NCBI GenBank assembly: GCA_036172245.1 | Contig: JAYWIR010000061.1 | Location: forward strand, 248,001-312,000 | Reading direction: 5' to 3' | Source: Raillietiella orientalis | Taxonomy: Eukaryota | Length of the DNA stretch: 64,000 nucleotides | Shown here: positions 26,150 through 39,039 of the stretch, in pieces | How the letters are laid out: each line of letters begins with the position of its first letter | Position numbering within the stretch: the stretch's first letter is position 1 | The notes under the pieces: generated by a model | Database searches by the model: none | What the model was told of the DNA's origin: nothing | Seen by the model: the letters and a program-made list of their open reading frames with translations, nothing else | Translations under genes and position numbers: made by a program

Positions 26150-27250
26150 ACTCGTTACGGCACGAACCAACACGCCACGCATCCGAGCCAGCCCTCGCGG
26201 AGAGAAAAGCCGTCTCGCGAAGCGTGCCGCTCCTCCCCTTGAGCGTCTTCGCCGTTCAGACGAGCTTCCGGCCGAAGGCTCACCAGGCCGCCGTGTTGCC
26301 CATGGGTACTCACCAGCAAGACGACTGCGTCGTGCAAGGCTCACCGCTGGCTCCACGCGCAGTGGAGATCCCCACCGCATGACCAGGAATCAACTTACAC
26401 TGCGCGACCACGCGACGACGACCATCGATCCCGTGTCGTGCGACCCGGAGGAGAAGCGGAACCTGAAGGATGTGTTCCGAAGAGCACGTCGCGTGCGTGG
26501 GGAAGACGCGTACGCAGCCGCTAGCAACATCACGCGCGCCTCGTACATGGCACAAACATTATGCACGTACCGTACAAGATGAACGACGCGAACGCAGTGG
26601 TACCGCCCCACGTTAAAAGACGCAAAGCATGTAGCACGACAGCCATGCGCTTCACTTTCAGCCGGCTCGCCAGCTCTCTGCCATGGGGTGGCAGCAGCAG
26701 TCGCGGAGCTTCACATCTGGGATTTGTCGCAGAGAGCGTCACAGAGTATGTCTTCTCGGGTTATTGTGCCACGGAGCAGCGCATCGGATTACATGACCAT
26801 GCGGAGTCGCGGCAGCAGCAGCAACAGCAGACATCGAGCTCGCTCGTATGCGCGCCGCTCAGCCACGACGAACGGTCCCACGAACCGCCATCCTTCCTCT
26901 TTCTCGTTCCCTCCTCGCCCGGCCACTCCTGGGAAGCAGCAGCAATCACCACCACGCGCTTCACCCAGTAGGGACGCGTTGGCGCCGCGAAGGCACCCGA
27001 GGGTGCAGGTCTGGACCCTCCCTGCCTCAGAGATTCTGTCCTCTTCATCTCCGCTTGCTGCGCCGTCAGGCGTTCAAGGCGGATGCGTCCGGCGCGGGGA
27101 GGGCAGTGCCGAGCCGCACCAGAGGTCCTCACCCACTTGCACCCCCGAGGCTGCCCGCCTCCGGAAGTGGCGCCTTGGCCGCGCCCCGCCGCCGACCTAC
27201 CGGACGGCCAGCGCGCCTCTGCGAGGAGGCGGCAGCACCAGCTTGCTCAC
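26150..27250 (+). mobile_element. L1/Tx1-type ORF2 relic
   Basis: About 26900-27175 is clearly homologous, in inverted orientation, to 48150-48450 (aagcagcagcaatcaccac, ctgcctcag.gattct, gagggcagtgccgagccgc, cccgcctccggaagtg). Upstream NLKDVFRR..AYAAASNI resembles the post-YADD region. Confidence 0.45.
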
Positions 27251-28649
27251 CCGCGTCTTCCCCGGCCGGCGGCGACAAGCGCCCCGAGAGCATCCAACGC
27301 GCGCGCGGAACCAGGCTGGAGGCGACGCCAGGCCGCTCGCCCAGAAGAACGGACGATCTACCGGCAGCAGAGATGCCAGAAAGAATCTGGGTAACGCCCC
27401 GGGTCCGCCTCCCGCCGGCGAACCTTCCAGGAGTCTCTCGGGGGGTGGAGCACAGAAACGTGGGCAGGGGAGGGCGACTGGAAAGCGGATCGAATCTTCG
27501 GAGGCAGGCGCGGCTCACCCGCGGCCGCCGCCCGACCCCCCCGCTTCCTCCCTTCCTCCTCGGCGAGCGGGGGAGCAGCCGCGGACAAGGTCGACTGGTT
27601 TCCGCCTCGTGGCGGCGGCGCGAGCACCCGTTTCCCAAGATCCGAGGGGCGGAAGAAGGGACGGGACGAGCCCGGAGGCGCGGCAGAGGAAGATGTCAAC
27701 GAGCGGGTCAAGAAAAGTTATGCTTCCGAGCGACCCACGCTTTGGGTGATCGCAGAGGTCAGCCGAGTCGCAGTGCAATGATCGAACCCCTCACTGGAGG
27801 GGTCTCTCTATAGCGACCAACATCCAGGGAAAACGGAAGGAGAGAAAGAAGAAAGAGAGAGGGAGACGAATGACGGAAACAGCTGTACGCTTTTTTCCTT
27901 TTTCTTTTCCCTTTTTTTTGCAATTGCAAAAGTCCGTCGCGAACGCGAGATTTACGGAAGACATAACAGAGCATCCAGACGGCAGGAGCAAACGAAGGTT
28001 CCTCTCTCAGAGAGACATCGCCGTCAAAGAAAGAACAGAAACAACAAAAAAAAAAAGAAAAAAAAAAACGAGCACCCGCCATGGGGATGATGAGTGCTGG
28101 TTGCCTTGAGCTGTCCGTTGGCAACAAAAAACATCCTTGGTGAACGCACTCGGCTCACGAGAACATCGCTAGCGAGACGAGGCGTTCTGCGCGCAGGACG
28201 GATCCAAAGCAGCCAGCCCGATTTCCGCATCCTTTCTTCCCCTCTCCCCCCCCCCCCCCGCCGCCGTCGACGACAACGACGACGTTGAGGATCGCAGTCC
28301 CCGTACACTCCCCTCCCCCCCCCCCTGCCCGGCTCTTTTGGCAAAGATCCTTCGAAGGGGGGAGGGGGGTCGCGCGCGCTCTACCATGGGCGCTGCGCAC
28401 TGCGGATCGTGGAACCCCCCCTTTCGCCAGAGGGATCTCGCTGCACTCCGGGAAGGGGAGAGAGAATGGGCAGCGCGCCCCGCTCGCGACACGAGGATCC
28501 GCGACACCCCGCCGCTGGGCGCAGCGAGATCACGGTGGCCTTCCTTCCCGTAGGCAAGCCTTCGGCGGCCAAGACGCAGGAATGCGGGAGCGATCCGGGT
28601 CCAGGAGGAAACTGGGCTTTTCTTGACGCGCGAGGGCGTTCCTTCGCCT

Positions 28650-29150
28650 CCCGGGAGAAGCGCCCCACGGACGATGAAGGGCATGAACGTGTTCCGGGAC
28701 ACGGCAGCACGCAACTGCGCTGAAAGTCCATTCCCATCCGGGTCTCAAGGAGCTTCCGCGGCGGTGGCAAAGATGGAAACTCCGCGGAGTTCGTGCGGAG
28801 CCAAACGCTCGCTCGTCCCGCCGAATTTCGCCTGTGCGACCGGGAGACATCTTTCGTGCAGTGTCCGAACTGCGGGGGAACGCAAGCTTCGCGCACCAAT
28901 CGCAGGAGGGAACGAAATGCCCCACTGTGAATCGATGTGCGTCCCGAGCAAAGAACCGGCTGCAGAGGGCGAGGAGAAACGGGCACAAACGCGCCCTCGA
29001 AAGGCGAGAATGCGTCCTAGGTCGACGGGATCCCTCCGCCGTTCCACAGCGCCTCGAAGGAACCCAAGGACGGTAACCACCGGAAACCGCGCGAGAAAGC
29101 TTCAACGGTGGCTCCTGAACGAAGGAGAGCTGGGGAACGCCCTTCGATCC
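28650..29150 (+). mobile_element. Possible PIF/Harbinger transposase relic
   Basis: GDIFRAVSELRG..FAHQS (HTH-like) then ECVLG/VDGIP (cf. CIGAIDGxH). Weak. Confidence 0.28.
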
Positions 29151-30589
29151 AGGAGCCCTCGCAGCGTACTGCCAAGATGGAAAGGGAAACGCCCTTCGAC
29201 GAAAGGCAGGTGACTCTCCGATCCCGTAGACGCTCCAGCCGGCGGCGGTTGAGGCCGAGCAACGACACGGTCGCAAGCAGCAGCAGCAGCAGCAGCAGCA
29301 GAGACCGCCTGCAGAAGGGAGCGTTACCACCCTCGCCGACCCAAAGTCAAGACGTGCTGTCATCCACATATGGTTTGGCACACGCGTCCACGAAACAAAA
29401 CAAGAGAGAAGGGGAAGAAAAGGAAACGAAAAGGTACAAAAAAAACATAAAAGCAGCAGCGCGCGCTTGGAGCACCTGCATGCGGCGGCGGGCGGAAGTG
29501 TCACGGGGCGAATGCCTCTCCCGCTCTCGCGCTGGAATCAGGGGAGAACGGGCGACGAAAGCGGCGTTCCCAGGGCAGAACAAAGGCGGCGGAGAAGCAA
29601 AGAGCCTCCCGCTCTTGCTGTAGAACAAACTACGTCTCTCGGAGCACACCGAGTTATCTATTACGCACAAAGATGGGAGGAGGCAGCAGGATCGTGACGA
29701 GAACGCGAGCCCCGTACGGGAAGCGGCGGACCGGCGGAGTAACTTTACCCTGCGTGCGACTGCACGAAGAGAGAGCGTGTGACTCGGCTAGCGTGTCAAC
29801 CTCATGCACGAAGGCGCGTGGAGTCGGCGGCCCGCGCGGAGAGGAGCGAACCGAGGAAGATAGGTGGCACAAGCGCGCGCTCCAGGAAAAGGCAGGAGGA
29901 AAGGGAAGGGAGGGATGCTGCGAACACTCGAGCAAAAAGGAAAAAAAAAATCCTTGCCCACGCAAAACGAAGATGGCGTCCGAGAACATGACGCAAGAAG
30001 GTGATTCTGGGAGTTGCGGCCCCAAAATTTGGGGCCCCCATCGCAGTGCTGGACCTCTTGCACAGACTGGTGGCCTTTCGAAGGGGAAAGGAAGCGGACA
30101 CAAAAAAAGGAAGGAAGAAGGGGACGCCCTGGGCCGCACGAAGCGGGCTCCGGGAGATGGGCAGATTCGCAGCACCAGAGCGCAACGCATCCCACCGAGA
30201 CGGGTGACCCGTGCAAGGAAAACAGGATATGGCATGCAGCAAGGGACGCTGGAGAGGAGGCGCTGCCTCCTGGCGGCAACTTGCATGCGTTCTGCCCTGC
30301 CCTGCCCTGCACACCCTCTCCCTCCATTCGCACAAGGGGGGAACCGGACCGGACGCTCCTGCAGCGAGCGCCCGTGCTGCCACGAGAGCGGAGCAACGGT
30401 TTACTGGACCGCCTTGGCGTAGGCGAGGTGAGGCAAATCGCATGCTGCCGAAGAAGACTTCGAAGAGCCTCCGCCTCTTTGGGTGTTCTCGGCGCAAGAA
30501 CCTGTTGGTAACGCTGCAAACAAGCGAGCGACCGCCCTTCTGCTGAGGGTGGTACTCCACGATGGGCCAGGGAAGTTCCGCGGAGAGTT

Positions 30590-30870
30590 CGAGTGAAAAA
30601 TGATGGACAACAGAATAACGGGATTCTACGGAACGTAGCAAAGTAGCACTTGGAGGACGGTCTTTTGGTCCGTGGGACCGACGCGGTTGACTCCTTCCTC
30701 CATCTTCATACTTGCAGTTCTTTGGTGTTTTCACTGCTGTCGTGAGGTCGAAATACGGTGCCGAGGTATCAAAAAATGGCCAGCAAGCAGTAGGATATTT
30801 TAGCAGTCCACACTCACTCGGGAACCTGGAAGGGCTTTCAACAGCCAGCAGCGCCACAGAGATCGAATTC
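30590..30870 (-). mobile_element. 3' fragment of an L1/Tx1-type element
   Basis: Shares ctgctgtcgtgaggtc and flanking similarity with 53250-53355. Confidence 0.3.
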
Positions 30871-31829
30871 GTCCGCAATTCCAATGGAAAAAAAAAAAAA
30901 AAGGGAAAACGGAAAGCTTGGAGAAAGCCAATCAAAGCAAACGCGCAAAAACAACGAGAGAGATCCCGTGCTGCATGCCCATGAAACTCGCTGGAGTGTC
31001 GGGACGAAAGGGGTTACCAACATGCGGTAATTTCTCAGGAGGATAACGCGGTTTCGGACTGGTCGCGTGGGGAGTGGCGTTTCTTTACCACGCTGCTCCT
31101 TGGCAAGAAAAAAACCACGTCCGGGTTCGCTCCCCCGGCTGACTCCTCCCTCTGCGACCGTACCAATGCAGCGGAAGGGATGCAGGCGTCCCTCAACAGC
31201 GGCAGCCGTTGCTTCGCGGGCGCATCGGTCGCCCATCGGAGACAAAGACTCGGCAAACGCGCTGACCGCAGGTGGCGCTGGGACGCCGCTTTCGGCATTC
31301 TTCTTGCATCCGCGGAGGAGGAGGACAACTGCTAACCAACATCGGGCTCATCGACACCTGCAGCGATACGGGGTGGGGAAAACCTGTCACACTCCCGAAT
31401 CGAAATACTAGCTGGATAGACAGGCTATCGACAACCGCTTCCCTTCTGCTCCAGATCAATTTCCGCATGAAAATTTGATGCCTGCGTGGGAACACTGCAC
31501 GTATCTTAATAAGTAGGGGAGGAGGAGGAGGAAACCTCACGAAGTGTGCTGGCAGCAGTCAGAAAGCACACACAATGCACGCTCTCTGAGTTGGGAGAAT
31601 CAAAAAATCCCAAATGGACTTGGGAGACGGAAGGCGACGTCACTTCCGCAAGCCGTGGCAACGGAGGGTAGGGGGAGGAAATTCAAAAAAATTTGTTGTC
31701 GAAAATTTCTAAATTTGGAAAACCATCTGTCGTGCAGCAAACAGGAGGACCAATTCCTTTTTCTTTTTCTTTTTTTCCCCCTCTTTTTTCTCTCTCTCTC
31801 TCTCTCTCTCTCTTTTTCTCCTGCCCAAG

Positions 31830-32200
31830 GAACCCAAAAACCAGGCGAGGATGAGGATTTCACCGAATCGGCTCCGGGAGACGCGAATCGAAAGATACAG
31901 CACTGGAAGATCGGAGGAAAACTTATCACAAAAGTGGCCAGATCGCAGATAAATCCGGATGGCATTTGCAAAGGAAGATACTGCACAGAAAATACATGCC
32001 AGTGCGCACGGATGCGGACGTGGTACCCCTTCGGTGACTTTCAATGCGGAAGAAGGGTTCTCCTCCTTTCCGTTCTGGAATCATCTAATCGTCGAGAGAA
32101 GGAAAGCCTTTCGGAAATTATGAAAGAAAACTTATTAGGTATGACTGGAATAAACCACTCCATGAAAGATGAAGGCACTCCGCCAGAAAAAAAATGTAAG
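31830..32200 (+). mobile_element. Merlin (IS1595/ISXO2-like) transposase relic
   Basis: WKIGGKLITKVARSQINPDGICKGRY...TWYPFGDFQCGRRVLLLSVLESSNRREKESLSEIMKENLLGMTGINHS follows the Merlin pattern KIGG..VEIDES.F.KRKY..WVFG..R..TL..I..N+..VNHS. EIDE is mutated and the SD segment is deleted. Confidence 0.7.
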
Positions 32201-35200
32201 CCGGGAAAAGTTCGACGACCAATCAGAAGCCGCAATGGGACGAGAGCTGGAAATCCCCCCTTGCCCCTATGGGAGAGGACAGCATGCAACGTTCCACCGG
32301 GAATGATTGGGAGGGGAGGGGGGGGATTTAAATGAAAGGAAAGATGGAAAAACAGCCGTTGTGCCTCTCGCTTGGAGGCTATTTTTATGAGGAGTCGCGT
32401 CGCCAAAAGCCACCCTAGGAGCAGAAGGCGAACCCCCGGGGTCAGGCGAGAACCCATCTCCGATTTTCACTCCTCTTCGGTCCCTGGAGAGGCTCCGTCT
32501 CCGTGCTTTGGCAGCACCATCGCCGGGAGAAGCCACCTGCTTCGTCAGAGAGAGCTGATGACTCCCCGGTCGCCTCCTCGCCGCCTCCGCTGCCGCGAAA
32601 TCCCTCCCGGACCGACCGCACGGCACGACGGTTCCCGCAAGTGGAGCAGCAACTACCCTGCTCCACCGAACGAGGGTGATGTTGCAACTCCCGCTGGAAA
32701 CGGGGCCAGATGGGGGAGGCGGGCGGGCGGGGGGAGGGGAGGGAGGGGAGAGAGGAACGAACCAACGCACGCACGCAACCAGCAGCCTTTTCCCCGGGCC
32801 TTCCTTGCTGGGAACTTTCAGTTTCACTTGCCGCCAGGGACGCGATCCGGCCCGGCACAGGCGACGATGGAGAGCGGAAGCAGCATGGCGCGTCACTTGC
32901 GCGGCGGCATCGCCGCCGGCCGCAACGCGCGGGGAGGGCGCGCGGGGGCGCTTCCCCTCTTCCGATTCGCTTCCTTCCCCCCTCCCCCTCGCGTTCCGCA
33001 CTCGAGGCGCGCGCAGACCTGCCTCCTGCAGGGTCAGTCCGTTTCCACGCGCTCCCTGTGGCACGGATCCCACCCCTCCTGTTTGCGGAGAACCGAAGGT
33101 TAAATCGGGGCCACGGCGCGTCGTCCCTGCCGACGAGGTCCCTATTCAGTTGGTCAGTCGACTTAAGCGATGGATGGTTCTCGTGTTTGCAAGAGGAGGT
33201 AAAAAAAGAAAAAAAAACTGCCCCAGATGTTTGACGAGAAAGCAAACGATTATTTTCGCATTTGTCTTCACACGACTGCGAGCGGCAGACGATCCATGCT
33301 CGGCCGAAGCGCCCCCCCCCCCCCTTTGTTTGTCCTGTTTGATCGATGGGAGTCCACGTGAGTCCTCTCCTCGAGTTCCTCAAAAGGAGGGAGGGAGGGG
33401 GGACCAAAAGTGGCTCTTTTGGACACAAAACTACAAGGAGGAGAGGCGACCGAGCCTCTCCTTCTTCTGCGTCCTGGTAGCGGTTCGCCCTCCGACGGCC
33501 GGACGGTTTCCTCGGCAACCGGCAGCCACCGGATCCGGAAATCCGGATGCCAAAGGGACGTGGGGGAAGAAGCTGCTCGTGGGCGGCGGGGGTTCCCGAA
33601 GCGCGGAAGCGTTCGTGCCGCCGGGAGTGCGCAGGAGCTCCGCAATCTCTGCGATCCCATCCCGGCAATTCGTCTTCCCGAAACCCTGACAAATTGAACG
33701 CATCTCCGAAAGAAGGCGTCCACGACCATATGCCGACGCGTGCAGAGGCACCAAAGGCGTTCCCGAAAGCAGGAGAAGAGAAAAGTCGGCCAGCTCGTGG
33801 AAGATCCGACATGGAGGCGGTCGCCAAGAGTGCGGCGCGATGAGAAGTGGACGAATCTCCAGAGGGCGGGGGAGGGGAAGACGAAGATCCCACGCGAAGG
33901 ATTTGTGTGATTCTCGCATCACACAACCCTGAGGGCCGAGTTCGCTCCCCTGTTCCTCGTCCCGCCCGCGGTCCCAGCTAGAGGCACCCAAAACCCATCC
34001 GAAGAAGACGCCACCTTCCCCCCCACCCCCGCTTCAGAGGCATCCGCACGCCTCTTTTCCACCCGGTCCGCCATCTCGCGCTGAGGAAGCCTTACCAGGC
34101 GAGAGGACGCGGGAGTGAACGACTCGGCGGGGGGGGGGGGGAGGAAATTCCTCCGGTTCACACGCCCGAACACAAGCAAGACAAAGAGAAAGTCAATAAA
34201 AAAAATAATAAAATAGGACTACGAGGTTAGTGTATATGTGGATATATATACGCAGACGCTCGAGATTCCCATCGCATCCCTCCCTGCCGATGCCGTGAAC
34301 GAGAGTAAGCGCTCCCGTCGCCCGCCAAGAGGCTCTGTGGTCTTCTGCCGTTCGAGCGGCCGCAGGGACGGCGGCTGCACGCAAATGCAAACGGGAGCCG
34401 GACTTGGCGCCCGACAGCTTTCCGAGAGAAGGGGCAGAGGTTGCCGCGGAGGGTCGGCGCCCGTCTGCGGAACCAAACGCCTGGACACGCTGCAGCGGCT
34501 GCGGGCAACAACTGGAGCCGTTCCGGGCAGGCGGGGTGAAAGCCGATCCTGTGGAGCGCCTCGCTCCCGAGACTGGCCGCCCTGGCGGAGTCCCGTCCTG
34601 GATGGCGGCGCATCCCGCCGATTCTCTCGAAGGAGCGCTGCTTGCCCTGGCAGAGCGGTCCCCGAATTGGGGGCGCCGTGATTTGGCTACTACCAATCAA
34701 TGAAGTCACCCCGACGTCTGCACAAAAGCGTCCCCTGCGCGAATTTTTTATTTTATTCTGTTTTCCGGGGCACCGTTTACGAGCAGGAATCACGGATCTT
34801 CGGAGAGGGAGCGGAATTGATGTTGTTACAGGGAGAAAACAGCGGTGAAGCGGAAGTGGAACGCTTCTTCCTTTTATTACTGAAAGTGCGCTGCCCTCGC
34901 CGGAGCCTTCCTATTTGTCTCCACCTCTTGATTACATCAGTTATCGTAAATCAACATGGTTCCTTCTGCTTTTTCAAGCGTCGCTTAAATCGGGGTACAT
35001 AAAGGAACAGTTGCATAGTTTTTACCGAGATTACTGCGCTCTCTCGATGTTTCCTATTGAAATGATCTCCCCCAGGAAAACGACCGCCTCTTTGGTGAAT
35101 GCCTCCTCTACAAACAAACAAACAGCCTGCTCCAAAAATCCACTAAAATAGAAAACACACTGCACCATCCGAAAGCGAGGGGGGGGGGGAGAGGGTGCCC

Positions 35201-37117
35201 ACATATCGGAGAAAACGCCTTGCTACCTTGGAGAATCCTCAGGGCAAAGTTTTTGCTCGTTGCCCTGGCGTTTTGAAAAGAAGCGACTAAAGGTTGCTGC
35301 TGCGTTTGCGTGCAGCTGGACACGAAGTGTGTCCGACGGACCAAGAAATCCGAACAGGATCTGCTAACACCGTTCAAAGGACCCCCCTTCGCGCCACGCA
35401 GAAAGCAGTAGCGTATTTAAAGAGTGTATTTAAAGAGTGCACAGCCCGGAACGCATAGCTTGCGCCGTACACGCAGAGTTGCGCATACAAACAGACCGTC
35501 CTAATGTACACACATTTGCGAGCAGCATAATGAAGATTATGGGCCGTTCCGGGGAGGGAGGAGGAAGAAAAAAAAAAAAGGAAAGCCGATCCGCTGGTGA
35601 GAAAAGAGAGAGGGTCCTTTCGTCACGTGTGACGACGCGTGTTCGTGCACGCAAAAGCACGCGTAAGTGTGCTCGGCAAGCGCACGGGCAATGCATGTTG
35701 TGGCCCGGAGCAAGCAAATAACGTGTCCCCCGTAGATAGGTGAACGCGAGAACACATGCCTGCGGCACACAGGCGCGCGCATCCGAAGACGTCAGTAGGA
35801 AGGACCCGGGTTGCAGCAAACGCGGGACCCGGGGCGACGCTAAAACGAGCGCACGGGGAGGCGGGAAAAACCAAAAAAAAAAAAAAAAAACAGGAAACCG
35901 CTCTCCGGACTGTTGGTTTCCTTGGAGCCCGCAGCGCAGCAACCATACCACCACCGCGTCCGTCGGCGCATTCGGTGATTCGATTGGTGACCGACCGTTC
36001 GGCCCGGAGACAGATGGTCCTCGGCCGCGCGCCGTGGGTCCGCCAGAATTGGGTCGGCGGCTACACGGTGGACGGCGAGAGGAGGAAACGCAGGAGAGCT
36101 CCCGCAGTGAAAAGAGCGCACACACGAGATTAGAGGAGTGCTACCAAGCGCGGGCGACTTGGGGAAGGATGAAGGGGGGGAAGGGAGGGGCGAAACAGAG
36201 GTTCAGGGAGAGTCCGTGCAAGCCGTTCCCTAAGAGCGACGGCGGCGGCGAATGTAGTCGACTAAGTTCGTTCCCCCTTTTTTCCCCCCCCCCCTCTTCC
36301 TCCTCCTCCTCCTCTCCCCCATCCGATTCCTAGTGAATGCCGAAGATGCGCGGAACAGCTCCGGCGTGCGTTGCCACATCCCGCCGTTGCCAGCGTTACC
36401 ACGGCGCTCTTTATTGTTGCAACGCAAACAGCACGCGGTCGCAGTGTGCTCGGCAGGGGTCCCACACGCAGCTTTTGCTTCTTCTGCTTTGGACTCTGAG
36501 GCGGCCGGCCGGCGTCCTTCCGCTTTGAATGCTGAGCGCGCCACAGAGTCGCGCCATTGGCCTCAGCTCGGATTTAAAAAACAGTAAAAAGGAATCTTTT
36601 TTTTCTTTTCCTTTGCTTTACTTCCCGCCCCCTTTCCAGGAACCGCCGGTGGGACCCACTGGGAGACTGAAACCCCCCTGGGCACATCCCTGCAGGCCCT
36701 CAGATCTCACTGCACAGGAGCTTGTGGACCTTGGGCTCCATGGCGACGGCGACGACTCCTTGGAGGGAAAGTCGCGCGGAGAGATAGTGCGATGCGAACG
36801 AAAAGGACCGGCACGCGCGAGTTAGCGAGGGACGGGGTGGGTGGGGGGTGGGGGGGAGGATTCGGGATCTTCGCCCCGCAGGCCGGCGGTGAACGGAGAA
36901 GGAAGCAGGTGGGAAGGAAGGGGAGGAAGGAGTGCTTATCCCGCCGCGTTGCCGAGCTGCGCCGCCGCGCGGCTCCGCGGGAAGAGAAGGGAAACGTTCC
37001 GTCTTTCTCTTCCCCCGCGCCCTGCCGCCACCCTTCCTCAGCCCCACCGGGGAGCACGCCGCCTCCCTCCCTCCTCGTCCTGCCGTAAACGGGAGGCCGG
37101 CAACGGGGGTGGCAGCA

Positions 37118-37240
37118 GCGACGGTCCTACCTGGTACGAGGAGACTCGCTGAGAAGAGGACAGGACTGGGAGGGAAATGCGCCTCATCTTGCTCCTGGCG
37201 TCGAGCCGCCGCCCCTCGATGGCGCAGTCCATGAGGAGCG
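37118..37240 (+). repeat. About 123-bp near-identical direct repeat, copy 1
   Basis: Matches 38450-38572 with about 4 mismatches; offset 1332 bp. Confidence 0.95.
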
Positions 37241-38449
37241 CGCGCGGGAGCGCTGGCACAGATCTGGCGCGCACACCACGAAAGGGCGAGCGCACGCGCC
37301 CCGCAGCGGCTGTCGACTGAAGGCTGCGCCGGCAGCGCGTGCGACTTATCGCGCCGCTATCGGAGGAGCGCTGGCTGGCGAAGGGGTTCCACGGAGGGAA
37401 CACAGGACTCCGCGCCGGCGCGCCGGCGACACAGGACAAACCCACACCGCTTCCCAGGAAGGGAGAGATCCGCGACCGGAATGCTCCTCCCCCCCCCCCC
37501 TTCCTTCTCCTGCTCCTCCTCCTACTCCTACTCCGCCGCCGCCGCCGCCACTTCTTCCCGGTCGAAAGGGAGCTCCGCGCACCCTTTCGACCTCCCCCCC
37601 TTCCTCCTGCAAGACGAGAAGGCACGAAAGGTCAGCCGTGGCTCCCTCTCTTTGGTTCTCGCAGGGAAGAATTCCTCGCGACGCTCGGGGTGAAAAGTCC
37701 AGGAGGATAAAAAAACCCGCGAGTTCTCCGCCCTACTTCCCACACACCCTCTTTGTCATCCCCCCTCCTCCTCCTCCTCCTGCCCTCCCTAACCCCGGGT
37801 GAGCTGCGAGTCATCCTGCATCCCCTCCCCTCCGCGGCAAAAGTCGCCAACTCGGGGAGCAAGAGCAGCGGCGCCAACGCGCAGCGATCACGTGACGCCA
37901 AGAACGAAGCGACGCCGACTAGCAGACTGTCACGTGACTCGAGTCGGATTCCCCCTCCGGAGAACCTGTAGCCCCGTCGCGAGGACGACATTCCCCGGAA
38001 CGCTGTCGTGGAGTGACGTTCCCCGAGGTTTCGGGGAAGAGGCGCTTCGGCGTGGCTCCACAGCTGAGTACCTCGAGGCGGGCAGCGTTGGCATGGGGAC
38101 CAGACCGCAGCAGGGAACCAATTCTTGCAGTGGTGTCGGTCTCTCGGTAAGAGGATGCGGGCTGGAATGAGACAAGAAGAAAAAAAAAAAACGCACACAT
38201 ACATCCTTCTTGGGATCCTCTTGGAAGCCGCGTGACAACCGCTTCCAAGAGGATGCGGCCGACGGCCGTCCTCGTCGCGCCCGTGGTCTCCTGCTGACCC
38301 GAGAGATCAGCCATTCATCTGTTTCCGGGCATTTTCCTGTTCCTCCTGTTTTTGTTTTTGTTTTTTCTGTTTCGATAGGGCACAGAGCAGTTTTCCGTTC
38401 GCTTCCAGAGGACGATGACTTTTCCATCCGGAACAGGGGAATCCCTGAG

Positions 38450-38572
38450 GCGACGGTTCCACCTGGTACGAGGAGGCTCGCTGAGAAGAGGACAGGACTG
38501 GGAGGGAAATGCGCCTCATCTTGCTCCTGGCGTCGAGCCGCCGCCCCTCGATGGCGCAGTCCATGGGGAGCG
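38450..38572 (+). repeat. About 123-bp near-identical direct repeat, copy 2
   Basis: Matches 37118-37240. Confidence 0.95.
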
Positions 38573-39039
38573 CCGGCACAGGAGGTCTGGCGCAGGCGGA
38601 CGGACGGGGGGGGGGAGGGTATCCGCCTTCCTTCTGGCGAGTGAAATGTCTGTCTCTCGCACCAATTCATGGCGAGCGCGGCGCTGGCTACGGCGCTGGA
38701 TTCCATTCATGAAGAAGGCAGGGTGACCGGCCGCACGCCATCCCGGAAGGAGAAATTAAATTTGAAATCCGATCCGAGAGACGACTTCAGGGTAGAGATC
38801 GATCGCGATTTACCTAGCGTTTGTTTTTTGCTTCGTATGTGCGTGCGTGAGTGAGTGCGTGCGTGCGTGTGTATTTAATTTCCTTCTGTCTTCCGTCCCT
38901 TCCCTCTCTTTCGTGAAATCGCGCACCCCGCTCGGACACAACCCCGCGAATTGCGGCCATTGAGCACCTCGCGGTAGTCATGGGCGACCGGAGAACGCCG
39001 CGGGAAGCACATCCGGTTCCGCTCTGCAGCTATCCCTCT

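Noticed and set aside
32442..33926. Longest ORF (494 aa) and the many other 200-370 aa ORFs
   Set aside because: Arg/Pro/Gly/Ser-rich, overlapping in several frames and crossing homopolymer runs, as expected by chance in stop-poor GC-rich DNA.
34750..35050. Possible Tc1/mariner HTH remnant (TITDVIKRWRQIGRLRRG, minus strand)
   Set aside because: Single short motif with no DDE region or terminal repeats recognised.
35413..35439. 13-bp tandem duplication gtatttaaagagt as an excision footprint
   Set aside because: Cannot be told apart from simple slippage duplication.
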